Shown here: positions 50,301 to 63,410 of the stretch, one piece after another | Numbering within the stretch: the first letter of the stretch is position 1 | Layout of the letters: the number at the start of each line of letters is the position of its first letter | DNA from: Hypanus sabinus | Taxonomy: Eukaryota | Assembly (NCBI RefSeq): GCF_030144855.1 | Contig: NC_082708.1 | Location: 159,526,001-159,590,000, forward strand | Direction: 5' to 3' | Length of the DNA stretch: 64,000 nucleotides | Position numbers and translations under genes: made by a program | The notes under the pieces: model-generated | The model's database searches: none | Told to the model about the DNA's origin: nothing | The model's input: only the letters and a program-made list of their open reading frames with translations

Positions 50301-51410
50301 CTCAAGCTCAATCGTGAAACAGCGTCTTTTGTACCCTAGCCGATAAAATAACCGTACAAAATGCTGTTAAAAACTCAACGGGTAAGGCAGCGTCCATGAA
50401 GTGGAAGTTGAAACGGGTTTTAGACTCTGCTGAACCCTATTCCCAGTTGTAATGAAGGGTCTTCAAACTGACACTGTTTCTGTCCGCACACATGCTACCA
50501 ATGAGCTGAGCATTTCCAGCATTTTGTTTTTACTTCAGATTTCCAGAATCTGCGGTACTTGTGTTTTCACCTGAGGGCGCCCAACATTATCCATTTCCAC
50601 GCTCAAATCCACAGCATCTACATCTTTCCGTATCGGCATAATCTCGACCAGTTGAACTCATCACTACCGTTCACCGAACTGCTGCAGCTGGGGAGAGTTA
50701 CATTTGGAGACCAAATCTCTTCCTTCATTGTAGATTATAAATGTTTTGGTGGTCTGCTGTGTTCCACCGAAGTGTGGAAAATAACTATTCAGCATCACCA
50801 TTCCAAGCTGTCTGGGTTACTAGAATTCCAGCATGTTACATCCCTCCTCAGCTTGACAATTGGTAGTTTTGGACAAGAAAATAAGTGATGTTGAAGACGG
50901 TTGTTTAAGGACATAGACGTAGATCAGGTGGGTATGGAACAGTACTAGGTGAAATTTAATCCGTGTGGGGGGTATTACGATATGAGAGTTCAAATTCTGA
51001 TAGGACGTACAGAGTACTTGGAACTGATCTTAGCAGCATTGATGTACAGTGGCCTTGGGATACTTTCTTATTGATACAGGTTGAAAGGGTATTTAAGTCA
51101 TATGGTATGTTTGCTTTCATAGACGGAGAAATGAGCATGAAGTTGAGTCATCTTGTTGCGAATGTAGAAAACTATAGCCATACCATCAAATGCAGTAAAA
51201 ATCAAGAGCATAATAGATTCACCAGTTTGTTGCCTGTTGAGCAGGTAGTGAGACTGAACCATGACCCTTTACAGGTTTGTAAACTGAAGGGCTTGTAAAT
51301 GATACAGTATACTGTATCATCAATAGTCTTCTCTCTCTTTCCCCCCCCCCCCTAGGAGAGGGGAGTTTAGTACTAGAGGGGAGGGTTGAGAAATTTAAAG
51401 AAAATTGAAA

Positions 51411-54400
51411 GGTGGTGCTGAAAGTTTTCTCTATTTCTGCATAAATGTGACCTAACCGTGATCAGCTCTTCACACAAGACCTAAAACTAGACAGAACACA
51501 ATTAACTAAACAAAAACATTTGTTCCTTTATTCATTAAGAATAATGATCCAATATTACATGTATTTGGTGGAATTATTTGACCCTCTGGGGTAATGCCTT
51601 CTGTAAAACGCATTTGGAGTCAGATATTCCAATAAATTGATTTCTAAAGGTTTATAAGTAATTTTAATTGCACTTGTTCTAATTGCATTTATCACTTTGG
51701 AAGCCTGGTCTGTTTTTAACTGCCAAGCAAGAATCTTGAGTGATCTTTCACCTAGTTCATACTATCTCTGTTTAGTTCTCATAATTACTTCTTCTGTTCA
51801 GTATTGTGTATTATATTGTAGTTTCTTATCAAGTTGTCTGTTTTTCTTCTGTCATATCTTTGAGATTTTTTTCTAATTTTGTAATCATTTTCCAATTGAT
51901 CTATTTCTACCATATATTCCTTCTTAATTTTAGAAGTATAACTTATTATCTGGCCTCTCAAACATGCCTTCATTGCTTCCCATAATATAAATTTATTATC
52001 AACTGAATGTGAGTTTGTATCTAAAAAATGTTTTTTCATAATATCACAAAAATCTTGACATTTTAATATTGAATTAAATCTCCATCTGTAAACAGATTCC
52101 TCCTTATCCATCATTATCATTATCATGGGGGAATGATCTGACAATATTCTTCCTTTATATTCCATATTTTTCACTGTCTTGAATATTCACTGATAGTAGG
52201 AAAAAATCTATCCTTGAATGAGTTTTATGTCTATTTGAATAAAATGAATAATCTTTCTCTTGGGTTAATTCTTCTCCATATATCAAATTTAAATCTTTCA
52301 TCAATGATAGTTAATTTTGCTACTTTTGGTTTTGTAACAACCCTTGTTGACCTGCCTAAAACTGGGTGTAGACAAAAGTTAAAGTCCCCACCTATTAATA
52401 TTTTATCGTGTGTGTCAGCCAAATTCAAAAAAAGCCTCTTGTATAAATTTTACATTGTTTTCATTTGGTGCATAAATATTCATAAGAGTCCATAGTTCTG
52501 AAAAGACAATATATCTTCCCGCAGAATCAATTAATACATTTTGTATTTTAATTAGTAAAGTTTTATCAACCAAAATGCAACTCCCCTCGCTTTTGAATTA
52601 AATGAAGCTGCTATAACATTTCCAACCCAATCTCCTTGGTTTCTGATGTTCTATCTCTGTTAAATGTGTTTCTTGTATAAAAGCTATATCTATTTTCATT
52701 TTCTTAACGTATGTTAAAATTCTTTTTCTTTTCACCGGTCCATTAAGCCCATTAACATTAAAACTTTAAAAATTGAGTAAATTAGTCAATTTTTAATGGA
52801 GTTACTCCAGTCTATAATAGATAATATTTCAACTCTCATAGTACCTTGGGGAATTATTTTAAAATTCTCCATGTTGCTATGTGTCTCCCCTCCAATCATC
52901 CAGGCAAAAAAAGATAAGAAAAATAGATTATAAAGATAAAAAACAAAAAAACCCTGCTAATGTTGTGAATAAAAAAACACATTACCCCCCCTCCATTGTG
53001 CAGGTCATTGCAAACGCCATGATTACACATGTGAATCCCGTAGTGATCGATCTGAAGTTCCCCCAGCTCCCCTGTAACATGAGAAAAGTATATACGAGAA
53101 AAAATATCACTACTCCTGATTAATATTTCAAATTTTTACCTTTCTCCCCTGTATCTTAAGTATATTTAAATATTCTTCTATCCTTAATGTCCATCAATTC
53201 ACTTCAGTGTCCCCATCTTCATCTTTAATCTGTTTCACTTTTAAATCTTTACTGTGTCTAGCAAATATTTGGGAGTTCTTGTGCAAACTCCTCTGCATCC
53301 CGATGATCAATAAAAAAATTCCTTTTTCTGTCATAAAAAAAAATTCAGTGTTGCTGGTGGGGCAATAAATTTATAACCCTTTTCCCATAAAACTTTTCAC
53401 TGGGTTAAATTCCTTCTCTCTTCAAAAGGTCATAACTTATCAGGATAGAAAAGAATTGCTTTCCCTTCTGTCATCAATAGCTCATTTCTCTTTCTGGCAC
53501 ATTGGGCAGCCGCCTTCAGGATCTTTTTTTTTTATCTTGATATCGTAAGCATTTTATCAAGATTGGTCATGGGTTTTGGTCTTAAGGCTCTGTGGACCCT
53601 TTTGATTTCAAACTGGGTTCCCTCTTCCATAAAAAAAAATTTCCAGGATCCATTTAAAAAAAATTAATTGGATCCTTTCCCTCTATCCCTTCTTTAAGAC
53701 TAACAATTTTATTATTTCATCTACTAAAATTTTCAAGCAAGTCTATTTTTTCCCCAAGTCACTTTCTTTCTGATGTCCAGGCAAGAATATTATCTTCCAT
53801 TTTATTCACTCTTTCAATAGTGTCTTCCATTATTTCTTCTAGCTTTAGCTTTGTCCACTTTCTCCCTGTTTTTTCACCATTTTATCATAGTCTTCATATT
53901 TTTACTATCTTTTATTTGAATGTTTTTGTCATTTAATTCATGCATTATTTGCACCAAAGCTTCTCTTATGTCTCCAGAATATCTTCCACCTCCAACCTCT
54001 TCCTGTTCTTCTTTTACCTCATCTTCATCTGTATGTTCCAGAGAATCCAAATCCACCTCAGGTTCATTTTCACTTCCACTTCCAATCATAGCTGGGATTT
54101 GTAATTCAAGTTGCTCATGTTTGCGCATGCCCTTTACTGCGCGCACACAGTTCCTGTTATTCCTTCTTGGAGACTGTTGATGTTGCCCCCGATTTCTGTT
54201 CTGTATCGCCAGAGGTAAGATGCACGCCAGTCCGAGGTTTCTTCATGGTGGCCAGCTCAGCTTGTACTATCTTCAAAGTATAAGTTTTCTTCTTTGTCTG
54301 TTTAGGAAGCATGTCTAAGGAAAATCCTGAGTTTAGATGTTTTTAGAAAATATTTACTAACTTTTCTTCACTTAAGGTGCCTTACCCTCTAAAAAATGCA

Positions 54401-55568
54401 GTCAGGTTACTGATAGCAACTGCTCTTCAAGAAGGATCTGCTTATGCACATCATACATTGATCAAAACTACTTTCAGAGCATCTTAAGAATTGTAGCAAT
54501 GCATGAAGCTGGGGAAGGCTATAAAAAAAATTTCTTAAGACATGTGTTCATCAGTCCACAGCGAGAAATTGTCTGTAGAGGAAACTCAGTATGTTGAGTG
54601 TCCCTAGGTGTGCATCCTGTAAAGATCACACCAAAAGCACAACATGCAATGCTGAACAAAGTGGAAGTGAACTCAAGGGAAACAGCAAAAGACCTGCAGA
54701 AATCTTTTGAACTACCTGGTCTCTGCTCAGATATTCACTATAAAAACACTGAACATAGTGTTTCATGGAGGGATACTGTGGAGGAACCCATTGCTCTCCA
54801 AAACAAAACACTGGTGCATGTCTCAAGTTTGCAGACCACCTGGATGTTCTACAATGCTTCTGGGATAATGTTCTGTGGACAAGACAAAAATTGAACTTTT
54901 TGGCAGAAATGCAGATTGCTATGTTTGAAGGAGAAAGCACTACACACCAACACCAAAGCCTCATCCCAACTGTGAAGCACGGTGGAACAAGCATTATGGT
55001 TTGGGGCTGCTTTGCTGCCTTGAGCTTGCAATCATTTGGGGAACAATGAATTCAAAATTGTATCAATACATTTTACAGGAGAATGTCAGGGTACCTCTGT
55101 CACCTGAAACTTAATAGAAGTTAGATAATGCAACAAGACAATCATCCTAAAGATAAGAATCAACAATGGTTTAAAAATAAAATTAATGTTTTGGAATGAC
55201 TGAAGTCAAAATCCTGGCCTTAAATCTGATAGAAATGTTGTGGAAGGGCCTGAAGCAAGCAGTTCATACAAGGAAGCCCACCAGCATCCCCGAGTTGAAG
55301 CAGTTCCGCGAGCAATGGCCTAAAATTCATCCAAGCTGATGTGCAGCCCTGACCAAGTTACCAGAAACACTCAGTTGAAGTATTGCTTTATGGTGGGGGG
55401 GGGGGGTCTCAACAGTTACTGAAAGCAAAGGTTCACATACTTTTTCCAACAAATACATGCAATATTGGATCATTTTTCTCAATGAGAAAGTATGAAGATC
55501 TGGTTAGAATTTAAGTCATATTTAAGAAGAGGAAATTCTACGGGATTCACAAACTTTCTAGCACCACT
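51411..55568 (+). mobile_element. Tc1-like DNA transposon (decayed transposase about 54450-55400), interrupted by an L1 fragment
   Basis: Long inverted ends (gtggtgctgaaagttt / aaactttctagcaccact; gatccaatattacatgtattt / aaatacatgcaatattggatc); WDNVLWT, PTVKHGGTSIMVWGCFAA, QQDNHPK and a decayed SPDLNPIE motif. Confidence 0.85.
51640..54372 (-). mobile_element. L1-clade LINE 5' half: ORF1 (about 54312-53200) and APE endonuclease part of ORF2 (about 52790-51640); RT absent
   Basis: FNVNGLNGPVKRKRIL..IDIAFIQETHL, ILIGGDFN, ILSDHSP, WRFN, LWEAMKACLRGQIISY; very A-rich sense strand. Confidence 0.85.
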
Positions 55569-57274
55569 AAGATTTTTATGGAGTGGTAGATATCTGTAAT
55601 GTGGCAGAGATGTTAGTGGAGGCAGATAGTTTTTTTTTGAAAAAAGGACAAAAATCAGACAACTACCTAGGATTTCCAAGTGTTATCTAAACCCAATCCA
55701 CACTCATCTTCTGCAGTATCAATATCCATGCCTTTAAGGGCATACAAGTTAAAATGAACTTAAGTTCACCACCTGATTCCTGAGATAGCAGGACTTCTGC
55801 ACAAGCAGAGGTTCACTAAGCTTGTATTCAGAGCCCTGGGGAGTAATGTATAAAAAATCCCGATACGGAAGGACAAGCTGGCGATGTGGAAAATGTTAGG
55901 CTGGATGGGCTACAACAAAGTCCTTGTCTGAAGCCGCAGGGCAGGGCATTTAAGACTAGAAAATATTCAAGAGAATGTGAACTTGCGATATTTTCTAACC
56001 CAGGAGATAGTAATGTCATCTCTGACTAGATTTAAGGGGATTGATATAAACAAATGGATGGACGGGGAGAATATAGTATGATCATTATGCCAGAAAACCA
56101 CTTAGTTCCACACTAGTTCTTAGGGCAGTCAGTCAATTTTCTTGCAACCCTGAAACTCATACATGCCTATCTATACATTGTCTTTTGTTTGCTATTGATC
56201 TGAAGGGAAATCTAGTGGCCAATTTAACTAACTAGCAAACTTTCAGAATGTGGTAAGATTCAGATTGTGGAGAATTGAGGAAACCTAAACAACTAGTGAT
56301 AACATGCAAAATCCTATTATAATAGTGAGACAGGATTGACTCAAGTCCAACTGAATGATAGAGCAGGCTTGAGGACAGAATTATCCACTCACCCTTTCAA
56401 GCCTGATCCATTTAACAAAATTATATCTTATTTCAGCACTTACCATCTATTGCTTCATTGATCAATTAAGCAAATGTACTCAACTAGCCTCCACCTACCA
56501 CTTGGTGAGAAAACATCAAGATTCTCTGCCCATTGAGAAAATTCTCAGTTCTGTCATCCTGAATGGATGACTTCTGGCTCTATACAAACATTCATCCTTT
56601 AAAGCCCTGTATGGATTTTGTACATTTCAGTGATATTACTTCTGACGTGCCAAGTTTTTCATTGTACAAAAACATATCTGGCATCAACTCAAGAATCATT
56701 GCCCTCCCTCTATTGCAAATTTATCCTTGATACATAAAGTAAATCCATTATCAATATTCTAATCGAGTTTTTGAAATTCGGTCTCACCAAGCAATTAAAT
56801 TCATGTATTACTTGCCTTACAAATATTTCAGTACTTTAATAGATATTGCACTTGTTTTATTAACCCCATTTCACAACTTAGTCATACTCAAACATACCTT
56901 AGTAGAAGCATAGCAGCACATCCAAGGACTGCACTTGTTGACATGTTTCACTTTTGATGTACTTACAGCTGATCTTTAATCAATCATTTATCTACACCAT
57001 GGAAACCACGTTTGTAGATTGTTGACAAAGTACCCGCTAGTCAAAGCAATTCATGAAATAAGACCTCTACTCAGCTCTTTTTCTTGTTACCAGCCATTAG
57101 AGGAAAATTAATGATATCAGTACTATGTACAATTATTGGAGAATGCATACAGGAAGCATTCAGTTCCTTGTAGTAGCCTCATGGCCAAATTTTTAGTTCA
57201 TTCTTCTCCACTTCCCCAGGACCCAAAATGTTCTAGTTAGACTGAAATGTTAGTCAACTTTTTTTGGAATGGCA

Positions 57275-57480
57275 TGGCAGCAGTGGTTTAGTTCTAAAAA
57301 ACTGGGAACAATTCTCACCACTACTGGCAAGGAGATATGGTCTCCCCATGACTGCATACATTTCCTCTAGGTACTCCAGTTTCCTCCCAGTCCAGAGTAG
57401 TTTATAGGTTAATTGGTCATAAATTGTCTTGTGATTAGGCTGGTCAAAACGGGATTACTGGGCACAGCACACTGTTTTCG
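57275..57480 (+). mobile_element. V-domain SINE copy (degenerate)
   Basis: tttcctctaggtactccagtttcctccca...gttaattggtcat. Confidence 0.55.
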
Positions 57481-58876
57481 ATCATTGAAAATCTGAAAGC
57501 AACATGCAATTTCCTAGACTACAAATTACATTTTTGAAAGATGACTTTCACTAGATCAGATACAATGTGATTCTACAAAATTCATTGTGCAGAAATATAT
57601 CAGCAGATCCTTTTGGCGATGCTTTATATATACACACACACGTTATAAAAAGCCCCCCATGGAGCATCTAATGTTCACAGGAAATGAGGGGCAAAATATT
57701 CTTCACAAAATGGAGACAGATTGACACGACATTCAAGTATCTGTACGAGTACTTGAATCACCAAAGCACAAGGCTACAGGCCTAATAAAGGTGAACAGTT
57801 TAGATGGGGCAGCTGCTTGTGCTGGTGACTGCAAACAAAATTTTAGTTTCAAAAGACAAAACTTCAAATCCATTCAGGTTCAATGTACATGCAGCCATTT
57901 TAAACATTGAAGATATGCTCAAATGTCATAGCTAGCATTGCTCTACCAGAGCAAAAGGGCTTTCTATAAAAAACCATCTGGTCAAGGAAAAGCAGATTCA
58001 CCATGTCTTCACTCAGTGCTGCTGTAAAATTAAGTGTTCAAGCCTAGGGCTTCTTAGCCTGAAAACACCAGCGCAGAATTGCACAGAACCACACCACAAC
58101 CAATTTTTTGAGCAACCCTTACTGCCAATTCAACTTTTTGCTCTGATTATACAGAAGGCCAGAACTCTCAAACCACCATACTAAACACCTGGTTTTAAAA
58201 CAACTTAATTGGGCGAGTGGTTGAACACTGGCACTAGAATTATAACTAGGTGCAGGAGCACCTTATTCAGATCTGTGGCAGCCAACACAAAGACAAATCC
58301 CACCTGCAGGTCAATTCTTGAATGCATATATTAAATGCCATCCCATCTAGGAGCAAATGCCAGATTCCAACTACCGTTTCCCTTTACAGACAGGGAATGT
58401 AACCTCAGCCTGTTCTTTCTTTGGCCAAATAATTGCTCAATCTGCAACCCAGTGTTTGCAGTACCAAAGCAGAGAAGTGTCAGCTGTGGTCCAACTTCAA
58501 ATTCAGACAGCTTCCTACTCTTGGATCCTTTAGCTATGTTATTGACACTTAACTCAAGTGTCTTGATTGTCCTGTCAATTTAGGTTTCTTCCCCTTGTTA
58601 CATCAAGATGTGTAAAGGACAACTCAATCATAACCTACGGTTGGAGTAACAGGTATTGCAGAATTTCATTGTTAACCTGGAACCAGAATCCAAATCCTCC
58701 AACTGGAAGTGCTATTGATAGTCCATTCAGTACAGGCTGAAGTGCTTCTTGATGGTTCATTAACTGTAGAACTAGTTAGCTATTGGCATTCAACATTGAC
58801 AATGACAGCAATAGTACAATTCCTGCTCAAGGCAACTACTTCCAAACAGATTACAGACAGATGTTTTTGAATGCAT

Positions 58877-58882
58877 TTTATT
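58877..58882 (-). terminator. H2AZ1 polyadenylation signal AATAAA
   Basis: tttatt on + strand, about 390 nt after the stop; no histone stem-loop seen, as expected for a replication-independent variant. Confidence 0.75.
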
Positions 58883-59270
58883 GAAAACTTCACCCAAAGG
58901 AGACAGTCAGACAACCCATTCAGATTCGATTTCACTCCAAAAATAAAGTTATACAAGCAATAAGCTCTTCCTGCATTTAAAACATTGCATTAGGGCCTCA
59001 TTAAAAAGGCAGGAACCAGAGAACATCTCCAGCTCACTCAGTTCCACCAGTCAAGACTTTGCTTCCCAATACCATTGCACAGGGAACTATTACTTTTAGC
59101 TTTATTTTAAAATGACCCCTCCCCCCATATATGGAGATAAAAAGATTTTTCTAATCACATTTCAGAAGTCCAGTGTCTGTTCAGCCAGATCCTCCAAAAT
59201 TTCTACAGCTGATTAAACAAAAATGGAGTCCTGAGATAATGAACTAAAAAATAAAAATGACATTTAATTC

Positions 59271-59332
59271 TCAAACAGTCTTCTGCTGTCCCTTCTTGCC
59301 AATTAGAGATTTGTGGATGTGTGGAATGACAC
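59271..59332 (-). CDS. H2AZ1: H2AZ1 exon 5 coding part
   Basis: ttttag|GTGTCATT...ACTGTTTGA; 62 nt; ends GQQKTV*. Confidence 0.97.
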
Positions 59333-61148
59333 CTAAAAAAAATGAACAGTCATTAGACACCAATACCAAACCCACTGAGTAAACATGTAACCAGCAAGCA
59401 ACTTGTTACTTCCATAACAACTTCTTCAAAACAGTTACATTTAGCCACATTCCCAATTTACTCAAAACCCCATAAATTTGGCCTCATCTACCCATCTTAT
59501 TTGCCCATTGAAAATCTGAGTATGCATACAGGAGCATGCAGATTAGTTTTTTCTAACAGACAGAATCATGCTGCTAGACAAGTCAACCTTGTACAACAAA
59601 TCCAGTTCTGCAATGTTGGCAATATGTAGCCAAACACAACAATGTACTTACCACCCCCTGCAATGGTGGCCTTGATTAAAGAATCCAACTCTTCATCACC
59701 ACGGATAGCAAGCTGCAAGTGACGAGGGGTAATACGCTTCACCTTTAAATCTTTGGATGCATTTCCTGCCAGCTCCAGCACCTGAGGGAATATGGGCAAA
59801 TTAAACATGGGCAGATAATACAACCCCACCACCCACCCCTAAAGCCTAGCAGGCCATAACCAGATATCATGAAGAGCCAGCACGGCAAATGCACAAGCTA
59901 ATACAAGGATTGAGACATTTAAACTTCAAAACACTGATTAGTCCACACTTTGCCAGGTCGAGGAAATTCACCAGGATGTTGCCTGGATTGGAGATCTTTA
60001 TGGGTAAAGACTAGGTTTGCTATCCCTGGAGCAAAGGAGGTCCAGGGAAATATTGAGAATAAAAGCATTATAAATTAGTCTATGCATATCAAAAACAGTG
60101 TATAGGATTAAAGGAACAGTAAAGAGTTTTATTATAGACAGAAATTGATAAATAATGTACTGTCAGGTGGGGAACCATATTCACTATATATTCAGCATCT
60201 TTCCTCCATCAGATTTCTGAGTGCTCTATTTTGTTAGTTAATGCAATTCCTTTAGCACAGGATTTTTGTAATTAACTTATTGCACTGTGCTACCACTGCA
60301 AGACAGTTTTCACATCACCCCAGTCAGTGACGGCAGGCCGGATACAAAACAAGGCATACAGTATTCGACCCAAAGCAGGCTAATACAATACACGCTCTCA
60401 ACCGAAAACATCTGCCATACTTATACCTTCACAACCCGGAGCTCCTCCAGCATTGATTACTAAAGCTTAGATCACCATATGGGCTAGCACGGAGATAGGC
60501 CACTCAGCTCCTCAAACTTGATCTATTCTGGGCCTCAACTGCTCAACCGATTGCTAAAACTACCCACGGGTCGAAGATCCGGGAGACTACACTCCCTCGC
60601 CGGCTGCCCAACACCGCCCCATCCCCCTCTTACCTCGGCGGTCAGGTACTCCAGAATGGCCGCGCTGTAAACCGCCGCCGTAGCGCCCACTCGGCCGTGA
60701 CTCGTCGTCCTCGACTTGAGATGCCGGTGGATCCGACCTACCGGAAACTGCCGCGGAAGGAGAAACAGCAGATTTACTTGCCCGAGCCGCGCACTCGCTC
60801 CCCTCCCCCACACGGCCGCCGTGTTTTTTTTTCGGTTTAATTGTTTGGTGGGCGGTGCCCGCCCGCGCGCCCGCCAGCAGCCCGCCGCTCGAGCCAAGAT
60901 CACGGGGTCAGCGCGCAGCGCCCGGCACTGACCTGCAACCCGGCTCGCTGTGAGCGGGAAACCGCTTTGGTTTTCGCCTTGCCAGAGTCTTTACCCGCTT
61001 TTCCGCCAGCCTGCCAAGGAAGGAAAGAGAGAAAAAATGGTTATAAAGGTAGCTAATGGTAAACGTAAGGAAGGCGAAAATACGCGGAGGAATTTTCCTC
61101 TGGGAGCGGTTAATGCAGGTGGGCCTGCGGCCTTGTGGCGCTCACCAT
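59271..61148 (-). CDS. H2AZ1: Histone H2A.Z.1, complete spliced CDS: join(61146-61148, 60933-61010, 60634-60747, 59652-59781, 59271-59332), 387 nt, 128 aa
   Basis: Exons translate to [128 protein letters not shown]. All introns are GT-AG. T14, S38 and V127 are the H2A.Z.1-type residues. Adjacent to DNAJB14. Confidence 0.98.
59652..59781 (-). CDS. H2AZ1: H2AZ1 exon 4
   Basis: cag|GTGCTG...GGTG|gtaag; 130 nt; [21 protein letters not shown]... Confidence 0.97.
60634..60747 (-). CDS. H2AZ1: H2AZ1 exon 3
   Basis: cag|TTTCCG...GCCGAG|gtaag; 114 nt; [15 protein letters not shown]...LTAE. Confidence 0.97.
60933..61010 (-). CDS. H2AZ1: H2AZ1 exon 2
   Basis: cag|GCTGGCGGA...TTGCAG|gtcag; 78 nt; [26 protein letters not shown]. 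Confidence 0.97.
61146..61148 (-). CDS. H2AZ1: H2AZ1 exon 1 coding part (ATG only)
   Basis: ATG|gtgag donor, about 75 nt downstream of the TATA box. Confidence 0.93.
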
Positions 61149-61223
61149 TGCCGCCGCGTGTCAACAGTACCCAGCCGTTTTTTTTAAACGCTCTGCGCTC
61201 CCGCCTCTGCGTTCGCAGTCTTA

Positions 61224-61436
61224 TTTATAGTCAGCCCAGCCGACATCCGGGCCAATGGAATCAGGACTAGCCACCAATCAATGGCTGCGCAGTTATCGGG
61301 GATGAGCCAATCGGAAGCGAAGAAGCCGGCGGTTGGGGAGGGACAATGCGGCGTGCGCGGGACGGTAGCTGGGGGATGGGCGGGAAGGAATGTGCTCGCG
61401 CGCGTTCGCATGGCGCGGCCCCGAAGAGTGCACGTG
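61224..61436 (-). promoter_or_regulatory. H2AZ1 promoter: TATA box, three CCAAT boxes, GC box, E-box
   Basis: TATAAA 61224-61229 (-); CCAAT at 61252, 61274, 61307; GGGCGGG 61378-61384; CACGTG 61431-61436; within CpG island about 60560-61450. Confidence 0.85.
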
Positions 61437-62734
61437 GCGATGCGCGCCAAACCTGCAAATGAAAACTGTGAAGACTCTCTGAATTTTAATACAATTGGGG
61501 CAAGTACGCTCCTTCTCACATAGAAGTGCATGTCTTAATTACAAAGAGTCAAATGACGTGGGAATGGTGGTGGGATAACTTGAATGAAAAATTAAACTGT
61601 GAAGGAAAAGGGGGGAATAATTTGCAGAATATAGCCTGCACTAAATAAAGAAGGACAAGAACATAAAATACATTGCTAAAAATTTATGCATTGAAAATCT
61701 TGTGAGAAAAGAGTATTCTGGATCGGTGCAGGGAAGCAAACTGGGTTCCTAAAGATATAGGAAGGAAGACTTACATTTCCTTAGCATCCTTAACCATTTC
61801 AGTGTACAGCTGACGCGTGATTTACACAGTAGCCAAGTACTTTTTAAAGAGTAATCGTGTTTATAATGTAGGGCATACGGCAATTTACGCATAACATGCT
61901 CCCAAAGTAGCATGATAAAAACCCTATAATCTGCATTTGTACCCACACTAGTTGAGAGATAAATACTGGCCAACCGAGTTCCAGAGACAACTCTATTGCT
62001 ACACTCCAAAATAATGCCAAAGGGCTTTTTACATTGTTTTGAAAGGTTTAATGTCAAGAATGTTCTTCTGGAATAAATTTTATTTTACCTTCATAAAACA
62101 GTTAAGTGTGTGATCATCTTACCCAATCGCCCAGTAAATCTAAATGAATTTCAGTAGTCCAAAATTTATCGTTTTGAAAATTAATAAAGATTTCATACCA
62201 TATATACATAATCTATTATGTGTATGTTTCACATGTAACATTGTGCACAGACCCTGACCGAATAAGATCTTTGTGTAAATATTTTACACTTTGTTTTACC
62301 CCTTGTGTCTCAAGTGTGTTAAGTCTGTTCAGTAAAATACTTCACTGGAGATTGTGACTGATTTACATTGGAAACAAGATGGGATACACAGTCACAATCA
62401 TCAAAAGTGACAAAGCTTTCAAGGATATTGAGTAACTTTGAGATTGTAGTGAGAGCAAGTTTGAGAAGCTCATGATTAATCACAGCAAGTCTTAAATGAA
62501 GGCTTGGGAAAGAAGAAAGATGTCGGCTGCAAAAAATGGCAATATAGAAATGAACTCTAAAAATGGTTGCCACTAAATGTAAGTATAAATGTATATGGAT
62601 CAACACCAGTAGTGATTATGGGAGCCTTGATTTCGAGTCAGGTGAGTTAAGTTGAATGGTGTTAAAATGGAACTAATTGGAAGCTGTTAACATTTAAATA
62701 GGAATCATTTAATGCAACAAATTAGAGCTCCATT

Positions 62735-63410
62735 CACCCCTTACCTTGCCTCCATTCAGGGCCCCAAACAGTCCTTCCAGGTGAGGTAACATTTCACCTG
62801 TGAATCTATTGGTGTCACCTGTTGCATCTGGTGCTCCTGATGTGGCCTCCCCTGCAATGCTGAGAAACGATGTAAATGGCGGGACAGCTTTCTTGAGCTC
62901 CTCCACTCCATCTGCCAAAAGCAAAATTTACCAGTGGCCAACCATTTTAATTCCATTCCCCATTCCCTTCTGACATGTCTTCTTTCGCCTCCAATCTGAT
63001 GGCATTAATATCAGTTTCTCCTTCTGTATTTTACCCTCACCCTTCCCTCTTCTTCTATTCCCCACTCTGGCCTTTTACCTCTTTTCATCACTTGCCTAGC
63101 ACCTCCCCTTGGTGCCTTTCCTTCTTCTCTTTCTCCCATGATCTACTCTCCTCTCAGATTCCTTCTTCTCCAGCCATTTCCCTTTCCCACATGCCTGACT
63201 TCACCTATCACCTAGCTAATTCTCCTTCCCCCTCGCCATTTTTTTTATTAGGGCATCTTTGCCACTTCCTTTCTGGTCCTGAAGAAGGATCTTGGCCCAA
63301 AATACCAAATGTGTATTAATTTCTATAAATGCTGCCTGACCTGCTGAATTCCTCCAGCATCTTTTGTGTGTTACTCTGAATTTCCAGATTTGCTGAATCT
63401 ATCGTGTTTA
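62735..63410 (+). mobile_element. Degenerate Penelope-like 3' fragment
   Basis: cagggccccaaacagtccttccaggtgagg..catttcacctgtgaatct is homologous to 1780-1825 (-); pyrimidine-rich UTR; decayed hammerhead CTGAAGA at 63279. Confidence 0.75.

Noticed and set aside
58880-59270. Histone 3' stem-loop
   Set aside because: Not present; the gene is intron-containing and has an AATAAA
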